A DNA stretch of 63,849 nucleotides, counting the filler, from Nanobdellota archaeon (GTDB lineage: Archaea > Nanobdellota > Nanobdellia > Woesearchaeales > CAZZGN01), in the NCBI GenBank assembly GCA_051819665.1. It is 3 parts of 3 records of this genome, joined end to end, with 100 filler letters (N's around TTAATTAATTAA, not from the genome) between each part and the next. Parts side by side here need not be neighbours in the genome. Positions count along the whole stretch, not along the records: positions 1 to 25,481 come from JBNJDG010000011.1; positions 25,582 to 50,590 come from JBNJDG010000012.1; 1 more part is not named here. One strand, 5' to 3'. Below the pieces are notes generated by a model. The model saw only the letters and a list, made by a program, of their open reading frames with translations, did not search any database and had not been told where the DNA came from. Positions within the stretch are counted from its first letter, which is position 1, and every line of letters starts with the position of its first letter. The position numbers and the translations under genes are program-made. Of this stretch, positions 18,966-28,364 are shown in pieces.

Positions 18966-19549
18966 GAATACTGGCATTCGGTGACACACACGGGAGCAGC
19001 AGGCAGTTGAAGAGGCTCACAAAAAAAGCTGAAGGCTGCGATATGATACTCTGCTTAGGAGACTTCACTATCTTCGGGAATGAACAGAGGAAGATCTTAA
19101 GGAAGATCAACAAGATGGGGAAAGTATTCCTAATACACGGGAATCATGAGCTCAGCAGCGAAGTGATCAAGGACATAAAGGACCTGAAGAACATAAAGAA
19201 CTTACATAAGAAAGGGATAATATATAAGAACACACTCTTCCTCGGATGGGGCGGAGACGGCTTCTCCCTTGAGGATGAGAGATTCAGGACCCTGGAAAAA
19301 GTTTTTCTTAAAAAGAAGGATAAGGCCGAAAAGACAATCCTCATGACACACGGGCCCGCTTACGGGACGGATATAGACCTCATCAATGATGAACACTGCG
19401 GTAACAAGACATACAGGGAATTCCTCGACAAATACAAACCGGATATAATGCTCTCCGGGCACCTCCATGAGAACAACGGTGTTGAACAGGAGCTCGGAAA
19501 AACAAGAATTATCAACCCTGGTCCTGAAGGGAAGATAATAGATATATGA
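18962..19549 (+). CDS. calcineurin-like metallophosphoesterase
   Basis: GDTHG, GDF, GNHE, THGP, GHLHE, INPG. Confidence 0.9.
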   Translation: MRILAFGDTHGSSRQLKRLTKKAEGCDMILCLGDFTIFGNEQRKILRKINKMGKVFLIHGNHELSSEVIKDIKDLKNIKNLHKKGIIYKNTLFLGWGGDGFSLEDERFRTLEKVFLKKKDKAEKTILMTHGPAYGTDIDLINDEHCGNKTYREFLDKYKPDIMLSGHLHENNGVEQELGKTRIINPGPEGKIIDI

Positions 19550-19610
19550 CCCTTCACCATATCTTAGTGTTGATAATATTTATATAATAGCGTTGGATAG
19601 TCTATCCAAC

Positions 19611-20228
19611 ATGGATCTTGATAAACTGCTCTTACTGGATAATGTTTCTATTCCCCTGCCTGAAGAGAAGACTGAAAAAGAATGGACTAAAGTCCGTAAG
19701 CCCGAGAAGAAGATCGGGAAAAAGGTCAAGAAGGAAAAACCCTCTGAAAGAAAGACTGAGAAGAAAAAAGAAGATAAGGAAAGCTCCAAAAAGAGACTGA
19801 AAGACATCTCGGATCTTTTCGAACTTACAGCAAATGATAAGAAAATAAGAAAGAAAGAGAGCTCCATCAAAGAGGAGTGGAAAAATTACGAGACGAAAGG
19901 AGCATATGAGACCCCGGAGCCCATAAAAAGTCTCTATAATGGCAGAAGCTTCACTTATGAGGGAATAGAAGCCAGCGGTGTATTCTCCCCAAAGCTCCAG
20001 ACCTTTTACAGGGATAATGACTGGGAGAATAATAAAGAGAACACTAACCACTCCCAGGCTATGATCACCTATAATGACATAAAAGAAGTCCAGAGAGTAG
20101 CTAAGATGAACTCAAATTCTTCCTGCAATTATATGGACCCAGAACTGAAAGAAAGATATGATCTCTGGAAACTCTTCAGCTTCAATTTTGACATCGCATG
20201 CATGGCTTATAATATGATGGGTTCATAA
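19611..20228 (+). CDS. hypothetical protein
   Basis: K/E-rich ORF; TTTATATAA at 19579-19587 suits a leaderless start at 19611. Confidence 0.55.
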   Translation: MDLDKLLLLDNVSIPLPEEKTEKEWTKVRKPEKKIGKKVKKEKPSERKTEKKKEDKESSKKRLKDISDLFELTANDKKIRKKESSIKEEWKNYETKGAYETPEPIKSLYNGRSFTYEGIEASGVFSPKLQTFYRDNDWENNKENTNHSQAMITYNDIKEVQRVAKMNSNSSCNYMDPELKERYDLWKLFSFNFDIACMAYNMMGS

Positions 20229-20618
20229 TCTGTCCGTCAACAAATGTCCCAGATAAGATAAAAGGCCGGCAAGGAAAATGTTCTCGTTCGTCATAAGAAG
20301 AGGGGCTGAAAACAGGAAAGCCGAATAGAACTTGTGGGTGAAACCCCTGTGCTTTGAAAGGACAAGCACAAGGACTACTAGAAGAAAAATAATGGCCAGG
20401 ATATAATGCCTGAAGATGATTGCCAGACCTATAGCCGCCAGAGAAACGACCAGGAACAATCTCCCTATCCTGCTCCTGACTGTATCTATATCAGGTATCA
20501 GACCGTACAATAAAGTTACAGGCAAAAGGATGAACGGGCTTTCCCATCTTACAAAAAGAAGGGCAATGAACACAGAGATTATCATATGCCCCTTATAACC
20601 CAGAGCTTTCCTGTTCAA
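20223..20618 (-). CDS. YdjM-like membrane metal-dependent hydrolase
   Basis: GH, PDID, HRGFTH, HLLTD motifs with TMs. Confidence 0.85.
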   Translation of the reverse strand: MNRKALGYKGHMIISVFIALLFVRWESPFILLPVTLLYGLIPDIDTVRSRIGRLFLVVSLAAIGLAIIFRHYILAIIFLLVVLVLVLSKHRGFTHKFYSAFLFSAPLLMTNENIFLAGLLSYLGHLLTDRL

Positions 20619-21378
20619 GTATCTCCCTCACTATCCTGTCTCCCTCATACTCTGTCCTGATCTCATCATCCTCATGAGCACCATGAGCACAGTACTTTAA
20701 GACCTTCCCCGGATTGTAACCCGCCTTCTCCGAGATAGATCTTAGCTGTACTTCAGTGAACGGTTCTATGCCTTTACCACCAGCATCCTCTATCCTCCTG
20801 AACACCATATCATAAATCTCATCAAAACTCATCTTCCCTAACTCGAGATCAGATTTACCTTTAGAGACAGTTGATATTATATCCGCATCAAGGGAAGACA
20901 ATAAACTGAGATTCTTCTTGGTTAAATGATCTGCATCATCGACAAGGATGCAGGCATTCTCTGTCTTACCAACCAGTCTTCTCAACTTCTTCTCAGTACT
21001 TCCGAATACCTTCTTATGGACCTTCGAGAATGAAGCCAGGAGATCCTTCTGAAAATTCTCATACTTTGATTCTTTTGCGCTCATGAAGGAGACAAAAAAA
21101 CCTTTCTTCAGGAGATAACCCTCCAGCCATTTTAGTAAGAAAGTTTTGCCTGCTCCTTTCCTGCCCTTTATGACAAGGTTCTGTCCTATAGAATCCTTTA
21201 TCTTCCTCCTTTCCTCATGCCTTCCCACGAAGAAATGCTCAACAGGTGAGACTTCCTTCCTGAAAGGGTCTTTCTTCCAACCGTGATTAGCTGAACTCTC
21301 TTGCTTTTTCTTCTCAGAACCGAATCTCAGGAGGATATTATCATCTCTTGAATCCCTGACCCATTTGAACCTCACCAT
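20593..21378 (-). CDS. P-loop ATPase (AAA_22/ExeA-like)
   Basis: WKKDPF, FVGR, Walker A GRKGAGKT, Walker B ILVDDAD, GYNP. Confidence 0.75.
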   Translation of the reverse strand: MVRFKWVRDSRDDNILLRFGSEKKKQESSANHGWKKDPFRKEVSPVEHFFVGRHEERRKIKDSIGQNLVIKGRKGAGKTFLLKWLEGYLLKKGFFVSFMSAKESKYENFQKDLLASFSKVHKKVFGSTEKKLRRLVGKTENACILVDDADHLTKKNLSLLSSLDADIISTVSKGKSDLELGKMSFDEIYDMVFRRIEDAGGKGIEPFTEVQLRSISEKAGYNPGKVLKYCAHGAHEDDEIRTEYEGDRIVREILEQESSGL

Positions 21379-21418
21379 AGAGAAAGAAAAAGAAAAGAAC
21401 TATATTTAATTGTTTCGT

Positions 21419-23095
21419 TCAGATGAGTCTCATCCAGTTCAATACCTTCTGTATCACGCTTGGATTAACACAGTTACTGTCAAGGCAAAAATTTGTAATG
21501 CACTGGAAATCATTTCCACAGTTTCCTTCATTTTTCAGCTGTTTTTTCATCTCTCCATCTAAAGCACAATACTCCCTGCCTTTCCTGAAACCATAATCCA
21601 CACATTTCTCATCTATAGTACAGCCGCCACACACATCCGTTCCCTCTGATAAACAGGCTCCATCACTACATCCCTGGCTACATTCATGAACTGTGAAATA
21701 CTCGCCTTCACATATCGCTTCATGAAGCAGAGATCCTTCACAATTATCAATGAAACGAATGACCTTTAACGAAACAGAGCCCTCTTCCGGATTCACATCT
21801 ATTATCTTCATCTCAGCCTTCTGGAAATCATGAGCTTGTGTATATCTTCCACCTTCTTCTACACTGATCATTTTATCCCCGAATTCTATCTTAGCACTTT
21901 CATCCGATAATATCTCTACTTTATCTCCCCTAAGTGTATTTCTGACAGATGACACCTCCGCTGATGATTTCCTGTACCAGTTCCTGCCGTCAATATCACT
22001 GCAGCCTTCTTCACTCTTGCCACCTTTTAACTTTAATAATGCCTTACGTGAGTTCGGAACTCCCTTATAATTGAATTTCAATTCCAACCTCGCCGGTGAC
22101 GGCTTACACTCAATCTGGAATACATCCTTTTCCTGATTAGGTAATGACCTCTCTCCATCCCATCTGCAGTCCCCTTCTATCCCATTAACGATTATCTCTT
22201 TACCCTTACGGTTCTTGAGTTGGATCCTGTCCTGCTTACCTGCCTCACAGTTAAAACCATTCTCCACCACATTACATGATAACGAATGATCCAGATTCCC
22301 TTTTCCATAATCTCCTTTTACACGTTTATCTTCGTGAGTTCCTCCTTGAGTCTTACTTTCTTTCAAGGGTTCAACTCTCTCCTCAGTTTGTATCGGGATC
22401 TCCTTCTGATGTCTAAGAGTACTCCCTTTATATCTGAACTTTAATTCCAATGACTTAGGTAGTCCTTTACAATCAAGCTGGAATCCTTTTACCTCACCAT
22501 CAACGAGAGACTTCTCTCCATCCCAATCACAATCTCCTTTGAATCCGATAATATCAATCTCCTTTTTCTTCTTATTCTTAATGAAGATCTGTTTATCTGA
22601 TTTATCAAAATTGCATCCTAAGCCAGTGGCTGTTTTACACTTCACAGGCGAATCAATCTTTAGCTCTGCCGAACCTTTGCCTGAATCATCCTTATCTGCT
22701 CCAGTTTTATCTATTTCCTTCTCCTCAGAGTCTATTTCATTTGTCATATCCTTCTGTTTTTCTTCAGAGGGAATGTCCTGACATTCTTCCTCAATTATAC
22801 TCAATGTTAGTTTAGCCGCGGGTACCGAAGGTTTATACAGGTTTTCCTCAACAAAGAATTTCACACCATTGACCTCATGAGTCTCTCCTTCAGAAATAAT
22901 TTTTGTGCTCTTCCCGATTGCTACCGTGGCAGTTTTTCCCTCATCTTCCGCCTGGAAATAGATATCATGGCAGGCTGATTCATAAGTCTCTCCCAAATCC
23001 AACATGATTTCCTTATCAACATTCACTTCTACTGATGATGCTACGCCAATGGAAAATATGAACACTAAAAGTATTATTGGTATTATTTTTTTCAT
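21419..23095 (-). CDS. secreted Cys-rich surface protein with a duplicated ~72-aa domain
   Basis: Signal peptide; two copies of C..C...IKN.K.KEI...G..GDC.WDGE.SL....F Q..CK..P..LELKF.YKG; Cys-rich C-terminus. Confidence 0.75.
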   Translation of the reverse strand: MKKIIPIILLVFIFSIGVASSVEVNVDKEIMLDLGETYESACHDIYFQAEDEGKTATVAIGKSTKIISEGETHEVNGVKFFVEENLYKPSVPAAKLTLSIIEEECQDIPSEEKQKDMTNEIDSEEKEIDKTGADKDDSGKGSAELKIDSPVKCKTATGLGCNFDKSDKQIFIKNKKKKEIDIIGFKGDCDWDGEKSLVDGEVKGFQLDCKGLPKSLELKFRYKGSTLRHQKEIPIQTEERVEPLKESKTQGGTHEDKRVKGDYGKGNLDHSLSCNVVENGFNCEAGKQDRIQLKNRKGKEIIVNGIEGDCRWDGERSLPNQEKDVFQIECKPSPARLELKFNYKGVPNSRKALLKLKGGKSEEGCSDIDGRNWYRKSSAEVSSVRNTLRGDKVEILSDESAKIEFGDKMISVEEGGRYTQAHDFQKAEMKIIDVNPEEGSVSLKVIRFIDNCEGSLLHEAICEGEYFTVHECSQGCSDGACLSEGTDVCGGCTIDEKCVDYGFRKGREYCALDGEMKKQLKNEGNCGNDFQCITNFCLDSNCVNPSVIQKVLNWMRLI

Positions 23096-23203
23096 CTGAT
23101 TACCTCCTTCACAAAGTTAATACAATATACTTTTTACTATACTGTTATATAAATCTTTCGACAAACAGTAAAAAATATAAATCCACTTTTTAACCAATAA
23201 AAT

Positions 23204-23863
23204 ATGGTCGTCATAAAGATAAGCCAGAAGCACATAGAAAGGTTCATTTTCTTTACTGTTATAATAATACTCCTGGGGATGCTTGCCAATGAGAGGATCT
23301 TTCAGGAACCGACTGAATGTGAGAATGAAAGCATAGAGCCTGAAATTCCCTCTGTCGAACCGAGTAATGATAGTAAAGAGGAAGACACCTCTGACGAATC
23401 CGAAGAAAACCTTTTCAACGATACTGAAGAGGTAGAAGTTGATGAGGAGATAATAACAGAGAACAACTCTGAAAATAATACGACGAATGAAAGTGAAGAA
23501 GAGGATGAACTCCCTGATTCTCTTTTCCTCTCGATAAAGGATATTGACAAAGAACTGGTGAGTGATGAGAAGGGAGAACTGAATAGCATAACGATAGAGA
23601 TAAAGAACGGGCTTGACAAGGATCTTGATCCCACCATCAAATACTACCTGTATGATGAGGAATCCGATGATGTTGTCAAGAACAGCCCGAAAAGACCTTT
23701 CTTAGAGCCGGGAGAGATCAAGGCGAACGAAATTTTTGAGAAAGAATTTATCCTCGACAGAACATTCTTCAGACCAGAACTGGACAAGACCATAAAGCTA
23801 GAACTCATCGATGAGGAAGCCGGAATAAAGAAGACCATACTCAAGAGATTTAGAGCAGAGTGA
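23204..23863 (+). CDS. membrane-anchored acidic hypothetical protein
   Basis: N-terminal TM, D/E-rich linker, beta-rich C-terminal domain. Confidence 0.65.
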   Translation: MVVIKISQKHIERFIFFTVIIILLGMLANERIFQEPTECENESIEPEIPSVEPSNDSKEEDTSDESEENLFNDTEEVEVDEEIITENNSENNTTNESEEEDELPDSLFLSIKDIDKELVSDEKGELNSITIEIKNGLDKDLDPTIKYYLYDEESDDVVKNSPKRPFLEPGEIKANEIFEKEFILDRTFFRPELDKTIKLELIDEEAGIKKTILKRFRAE

Positions 23864-23876
23864 CTTGCTCTGATTT

Positions 23877-25295
23877 TTATGGTTCATTGACAACACCAGA
23901 GTACTTACCAGATCTACTTCCGGAAAGCTCACAATAGATATCCAACATAAGGGTTTTATTATCCTTCAACTCATTTAATGACGATTCAAACACCTTTTTC
24001 TCATTGGTGCTAAGAGATTCCGGGTCACAGCCACATTCATAGATGAAATTATTCCAGAAATCCTTTTTATGGGGTTGAGCATCCGCTAAAGCTTTATAGA
24101 CAGAGTCTATAGATTCCTTATCTTCCATAATATTCAAAGGGGTTTGAACCTCTGAAGGGATCTTTTCTAAAATTGGTCTCCCATAGGCATGATCCTCAAA
24201 TCTCAAATCCCTTAGTTTGAAACTCCTATTAGAGCCTGCTTTCCTTCCTTCATTATACCATCTCAAAAGCCCTTTACTGCCCTTATTGATGATTTTCAGG
24301 TTTAAATTGACCTCTTCGGAAGAATAACCGAAATTAGAATTCAGTTCATCATACACCTCTTTTGCAGTCTCAGCTTTATGAACGCCTGAGATTGAATAAA
24401 CATCTTCCTCAAAACGCTTGACAGATTCATGAGAATAGTTTTCAACAAGAGCTGAGATATAGGAGAGATCATACTTTCTGGTGACCAGTGATTTCAGATA
24501 AGGTGCTGCTTTTTGAAAGAGCCTGTTTTTCTTAAAAGAAGAATATTTTTCAATGATATTATCAAATCTTTCTTTCCAATCCTTAGAAGACATAATCCAG
24601 GTAACATCGGCCGGCGAAAAGCCCCATGGTCTCAGGTAATCATTGTAATACTCAGTTATTAATCCGATCTTCTTATCAAAGTCTTTGGAATCAACTATCT
24701 TTGAAACATTTGATGGGTTGAACCCGAGGGGTTTCAATATCTCCTCATACTCATCCAGGATCCAGTCAAGAGCCTCATTCCATCTCTTATTCTTCATCAT
24801 CTTCAATACATGGGAAGGCTCAAAACCCATCGGATTGAGATTATCCTCATAATGCCTGCTGATCCACCTGAACTTCTCATCAAAATCCTTGGAAGAAGCT
24901 ATCTCTGAAATATGTGATTGGGTGAAGCCTAAAGGACTGAAAGTACTCTCATACTTTTCACTAATCCATTCAAAAGCCTCATGCCATCTCTTGTTGGTCA
25001 TCACCTTAGATATATTAGAAGGCGAGAATCCCAACTGCTCAAAATCTGATTCATAATAACCCTTAATCCACCTGAGTTTGGTTGGATAATCCCTGCCTTT
25101 GGCAATCAGGAAACAATCCGTGGGACTAAATCCCTTATCAGAAAGATAATCTGCAAAATCAGATATCTTCTTTAGTCTGTCAGCCCCTTCTGGAAGCTTA
25201 GAGATCTTATCAAGGTTCTTATCCTCAGGAGGAAAGATATCCCTGAAAGAGGGCTTTTCCCTTTCCAATTCTTCTATCAAGGATTCAAGTGCCAT
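23877..25295 (-). CDS. 34-aa tandem helical repeat protein (TALE-like/mTERF-like)
   Basis: GF at exact 34-aa period (F56, F90, F124, F158, F192, F226). Confidence 0.7.
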   Translation of the reverse strand: MALESLIEELEREKPSFRDIFPPEDKNLDKISKLPEGADRLKKISDFADYLSDKGFSPTDCFLIAKGRDYPTKLRWIKGYYESDFEQLGFSPSNISKVMTNKRWHEAFEWISEKYESTFSPLGFTQSHISEIASSKDFDEKFRWISRHYEDNLNPMGFEPSHVLKMMKNKRWNEALDWILDEYEEILKPLGFNPSNVSKIVDSKDFDKKIGLITEYYNDYLRPWGFSPADVTWIMSSKDWKERFDNIIEKYSSFKKNRLFQKAAPYLKSLVTRKYDLSYISALVENYSHESVKRFEEDVYSISGVHKAETAKEVYDELNSNFGYSSEEVNLNLKIINKGSKGLLRWYNEGRKAGSNRSFKLRDLRFEDHAYGRPILEKIPSEVQTPLNIMEDKESIDSVYKALADAQPHKKDFWNNFIYECGCDPESLSTNEKKVFESSLNELKDNKTLMLDIYCELSGSRSGKYSGVVNEP

Positions 25296-25404
25296 AGAAT
25301 TTATTATAGGAAAATAAAGCGGTTTATAAATTTTACTTAAATTAATTACTTAAAAGTAGCACAATAAATTTGGACCACGGGCACAAATTATTACGCAAAT
25401 TTGA

Positions 25405-25470
25405 TACGCGCTCCTGGGGAGTGCCCCATAGGGGCAAGGTGCGTTTCACTCACTTCGTTCACTCAAGCCC
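25405..25470. repeat. REP-like palindromic element at contig end
   Basis: TGCCCC-ATA-GGGGCA hairpin and a CACTCACTTCGTTCACTC tract next to the assembly break. Confidence 0.4.
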
Positions 25471-25481
25471 ACTAAAGAGAA

Positions 25482-25581
25482 NNNNNNNNNNNNNNNNNNN
25501 NNNNNNNNNNNNNNNNNNNNNNNNNTTAATTAATTAANNNNNNNNNNNNNNNNNNNNNNNNNNNNNNNNNNNNNNNNNNNN
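25482..25581. other. artificial contig linker
   Basis: N44-TTAATTAATTAA-N44, stop codons in all six frames. Confidence 0.98.
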
Positions 25582-26092
25582 TGTGGAGAGGTTTTTCACC
25601 ATATGATATTGGCTCATCGCCACCCTTATGCAGAAGAAAGACAACATGATTCTCATCAGGATTCTTAACCTTACCGGAAACTTTTGCTCTCTCCTTAGGA
25701 CCAATCTCTTCAGGATCTACTTTAACCTCCTCAAAAACTTCCTTACCCTTCTTCTCAAGCTCACTTAGCTCTTCTTCTTTATCATCATCCGGCCTGAAAT
25801 GTACTTTATATGCCTTCCACCCATCACTCTCTTTCTTACAATGAAGCTGGTGGATAGATTGTTTCTTTTCGCCTATGACAAGGGTCATGAAATATTCATC
25901 ATAATCATCATGTTTAGAAGGTTGAGGTATGAAAGTATTCTTCTTATTATACTCAACAGTCTTTGTCTCAATCAAGCCTGAATTTTTCACAAGTTCATGT
26001 ATGTCGGTATTCTTAATAATCTTATTACCATTATTCGTCTCCACTTTGAAGATTACACGTGTCCTGGTGAAATAACAAACACAGTTAGTCAT
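25582..26092 (-). CDS. hypothetical protein, 3'-truncated by contig end
   Basis: ORF runs into the linker; ATGA-coupled to the upstream gene. Confidence 0.6.
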
Positions 26093-27141
26093 CTAAACAC
26101 CACCCTCCAACCACTGCCCGGAATATACTCGAGCCTTGTTATCCTGAGCCTCGGCTCAAGGTTTATCCTTATTGATGTGGGATCAAGAGGATTTCCACCA
26201 TGATAAAGATAAGACTCCACCCTGTGTTCTCCTTCACCTGGAAAAACCTCATTCAGAAGAACCGGATTAAAATTATGAGAAAGCTCATTTGCAGTAGGGT
26301 AATAATCAGCAAGATAACCATCAACAGCAAGAGTATAAACCATATTACTCTGGTCAATTGTGCCGTCATCAGTCACCTGCACCTGCACCTGCAGATTATC
26401 GGGCATCGTATAGCTTCTGCCATCTTCAGGTTGAGTAATATCAATCCTGGGACCACGTCTTGACCTCTGCCTCATATAAGCAATGACTCTCCTGTCTGAT
26501 GAACTTACTGTCCTTGAAGGAACTCTCACCCAGTCCTTGTTCCTGTGAGAGGGATCATCAATATTGATCCCCAGTCTTCTTAACGCCCTCCTTACACCAC
26601 CTGTGATCTTACTCGGGTCTATCGTCGGGTTGTGAGGATCCACGTAATCCTTATGATATATTATGACATCCTTCTTTCCTATCCTCGTCTCATCAAGCAA
26701 GAATTCACCCTGCTCTGTATAACCCTCGAACCTGAATATATGCTTGGCCAGATTGAAAAGAGCATTGAAATCAAGCCAGTTGAAAGGGTTCTTCCATCTG
26801 CCTCTATTGGCGGTATAAACCCAGGCCGCATCGACACCATGATCTGGATTGTCATAATCCCTCACCAATATCTGAAGATTTCCTCTCTTAGGCTTCTTCT
26901 CTCCATCTCCGCCACCCGGACCATCTCCTCCGCCGGGACCATCTCCGCCGCCGGAACCGCCACCTGATCCTCCATCACCGGAGCTTTTCTTCTTGAACAA
27001 TCCCGAATTGACAAGAGAGATGATTCCTCCTATGATAAGCAGAAGGACACCGAAGCTGTACCAGCCTTCCCAGTTCATGATAGAACTGGGCATCATGAAA
27101 GCGAGGCCTGCAGAGACGAACGCCCAGCCGGTCCTGCTCAA
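26089..27141 (-). CDS. membrane protein with Gly-rich linker and Ig-like C-terminal region
   Basis: Two N-terminal TMs; GGGDGP-type repeats (18-bp tandem units 26903-26956); P.IDITQP.DG.SY Ig-like start. Confidence 0.65.
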   Translation of the reverse strand: MSRTGWAFVSAGLAFMMPSSIMNWEGWYSFGVLLLIIGGIISLVNSGLFKKKSSGDGGSGGGSGGGDGPGGGDGPGGGDGEKKPKRGNLQILVRDYDNPDHGVDAAWVYTANRGRWKNPFNWLDFNALFNLAKHIFRFEGYTEQGEFLLDETRIGKKDVIIYHKDYVDPHNPTIDPSKITGGVRRALRRLGINIDDPSHRNKDWVRVPSRTVSSSDRRVIAYMRQRSRRGPRIDITQPEDGRSYTMPDNLQVQVQVTDDGTIDQSNMVYTLAVDGYLADYYPTANELSHNFNPVLLNEVFPGEGEHRVESYLYHGGNPLDPTSIRINLEPRLRITRLEYIPGSGWRVVFR

Positions 27142-27578
27142 GAACCTTCACCTCCATTATCGGGCCTGAAACCATAGAAAGTCAAAAGAAAGATCACTAT
27201 ACCGAAGACGATCATACCATAAACCTGGGTCGTTTCAAGGATTCTCCTCACCATCTCCTCAAAGCTGTTCCTGCCTGCGAAAAAAAGCCCTACAACTGCA
27301 AGAGCAGACAAGGCGAAAGCGAATGTCTTACCCTGTTTATTCAGGCCGTTCTCGCCCTGGAAGATCTTTATCTTCTTAGCTCCCATCAGCATTACAGAGT
27401 ATAGTATCAGGAAAAAAAGGATGAGCGTTATCCCAGCCTGTACATATCCTGAATCGAGCGCATTGAAAACACCGCTGAACCCACGGCTCAGGAAATCGAC
27501 GATCTGCGTCCTTGCAGAGACAGCTGGAACTAGCCCGAAGAATAATGCTATACTTATAAGTATTCCTCTGCCTTTCAT
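27138..27578 (-). CDS. hypothetical membrane protein
   Basis: Signal peptide plus 3 TMs; coupled to the downstream gene. Confidence 0.65.
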   Translation of the reverse strand: MKGRGILISIALFFGLVPAVSARTQIVDFLSRGFSGVFNALDSGYVQAGITLILFFLILYSVMLMGAKKIKIFQGENGLNKQGKTFAFALSALAVVGLFFAGRNSFEEMVRRILETTQVYGMIVFGIVIFLLTFYGFRPDNGGEGS

Positions 27579-27656
27579 CTATAGTCTTTTTCACGTAGTT
27601 CATTTAAATAATTTTCTGTAATATTTAAATATCAGAAGCAACATTAAAACCAGAAT

Positions 27657-28364
27657 ATGATCGTTCTGTTGACGGATTTCGGGGAGAATGAGTATGTAGG
27701 TGCCATGAAAGCGGTCATAAGATCCATAGACAATGATAGCACCATCACGACATTATCAAATAATATCCCTAAACATTCCGTCAGGGAAGGCGCATGGGTG
27801 CTCCTCAACAATTACAGCCTATTCCCGAAAGGAACAGTCTTCCTATGTGTAGTTGACCCGGGAGTCGGGAGCGAGAGGAAAAGCATCGCCATAAGGACGA
27901 AGGATTACTGCTTCATAGGCCCCGATAACGGACTGATGTATCCTGCCGCGAAAGACAACGGCATAATGATGAAAATCAAATTAGACGAGAAGAACGCAAG
28001 CGATACTTTCCACGGCAGGGACGTCTTCGCACCGGCAGCCGCAAGAGTAAGGAAGAACCTCGATATCCTGAAGACAGGGAAAAGGACCTCCATAAAAACA
28101 CTCAAATTCCACAGGAAGAAGGATGAGGGGGAAGTCGTCAGGATAGATGATTTCGGGAACATAATCACGAACATAAAGAGAAGGAAGAAAGAGTACAGGC
28201 TGGGGAGGAGAAAACTTAAAGTAAGAGAAAGTTATTCAGAAGCGGGGAAGAACGAGCTGTTCCTGATAGAAGGCTCCTCAAAAACATTGGAGATATCAAG
28301 GAAAGAGGCCTCGGCCAACAGCACGCTGAAGAAGAAGGTCGGCAATAAGGTGATACTGAGATGA
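27657..28364 (+). CDS. SAM hydroxide adenosyltransferase / chlorinase-fluorinase family (DUF62)
   Basis: LLTDFG, VVDPGVGS.R, GPDNG, TFHGRDVFAPAAA, IDDFGNIITN. Confidence 0.93.
   Translation: MIVLLTDFGENEYVGAMKAVIRSIDNDSTITTLSNNIPKHSVREGAWVLLNNYSLFPKGTVFLCVVDPGVGSERKSIAIRTKDYCFIGPDNGLMYPAAKDNGIMMKIKLDEKNASDTFHGRDVFAPAAARVRKNLDILKTGKRTSIKTLKFHRKKDEGEVVRIDDFGNIITNIKRRKKEYRLGRRKLKVRESYSEAGKNELFLIEGSSKTLEISRKEASANSTLKKKVGNKVILR

Noticed and set aside
25482..25581. TTAATTAATTAA palindrome within N runs (also 50591-50690)
   Set aside because: Artificial six-frame-stop contig linker, not biology
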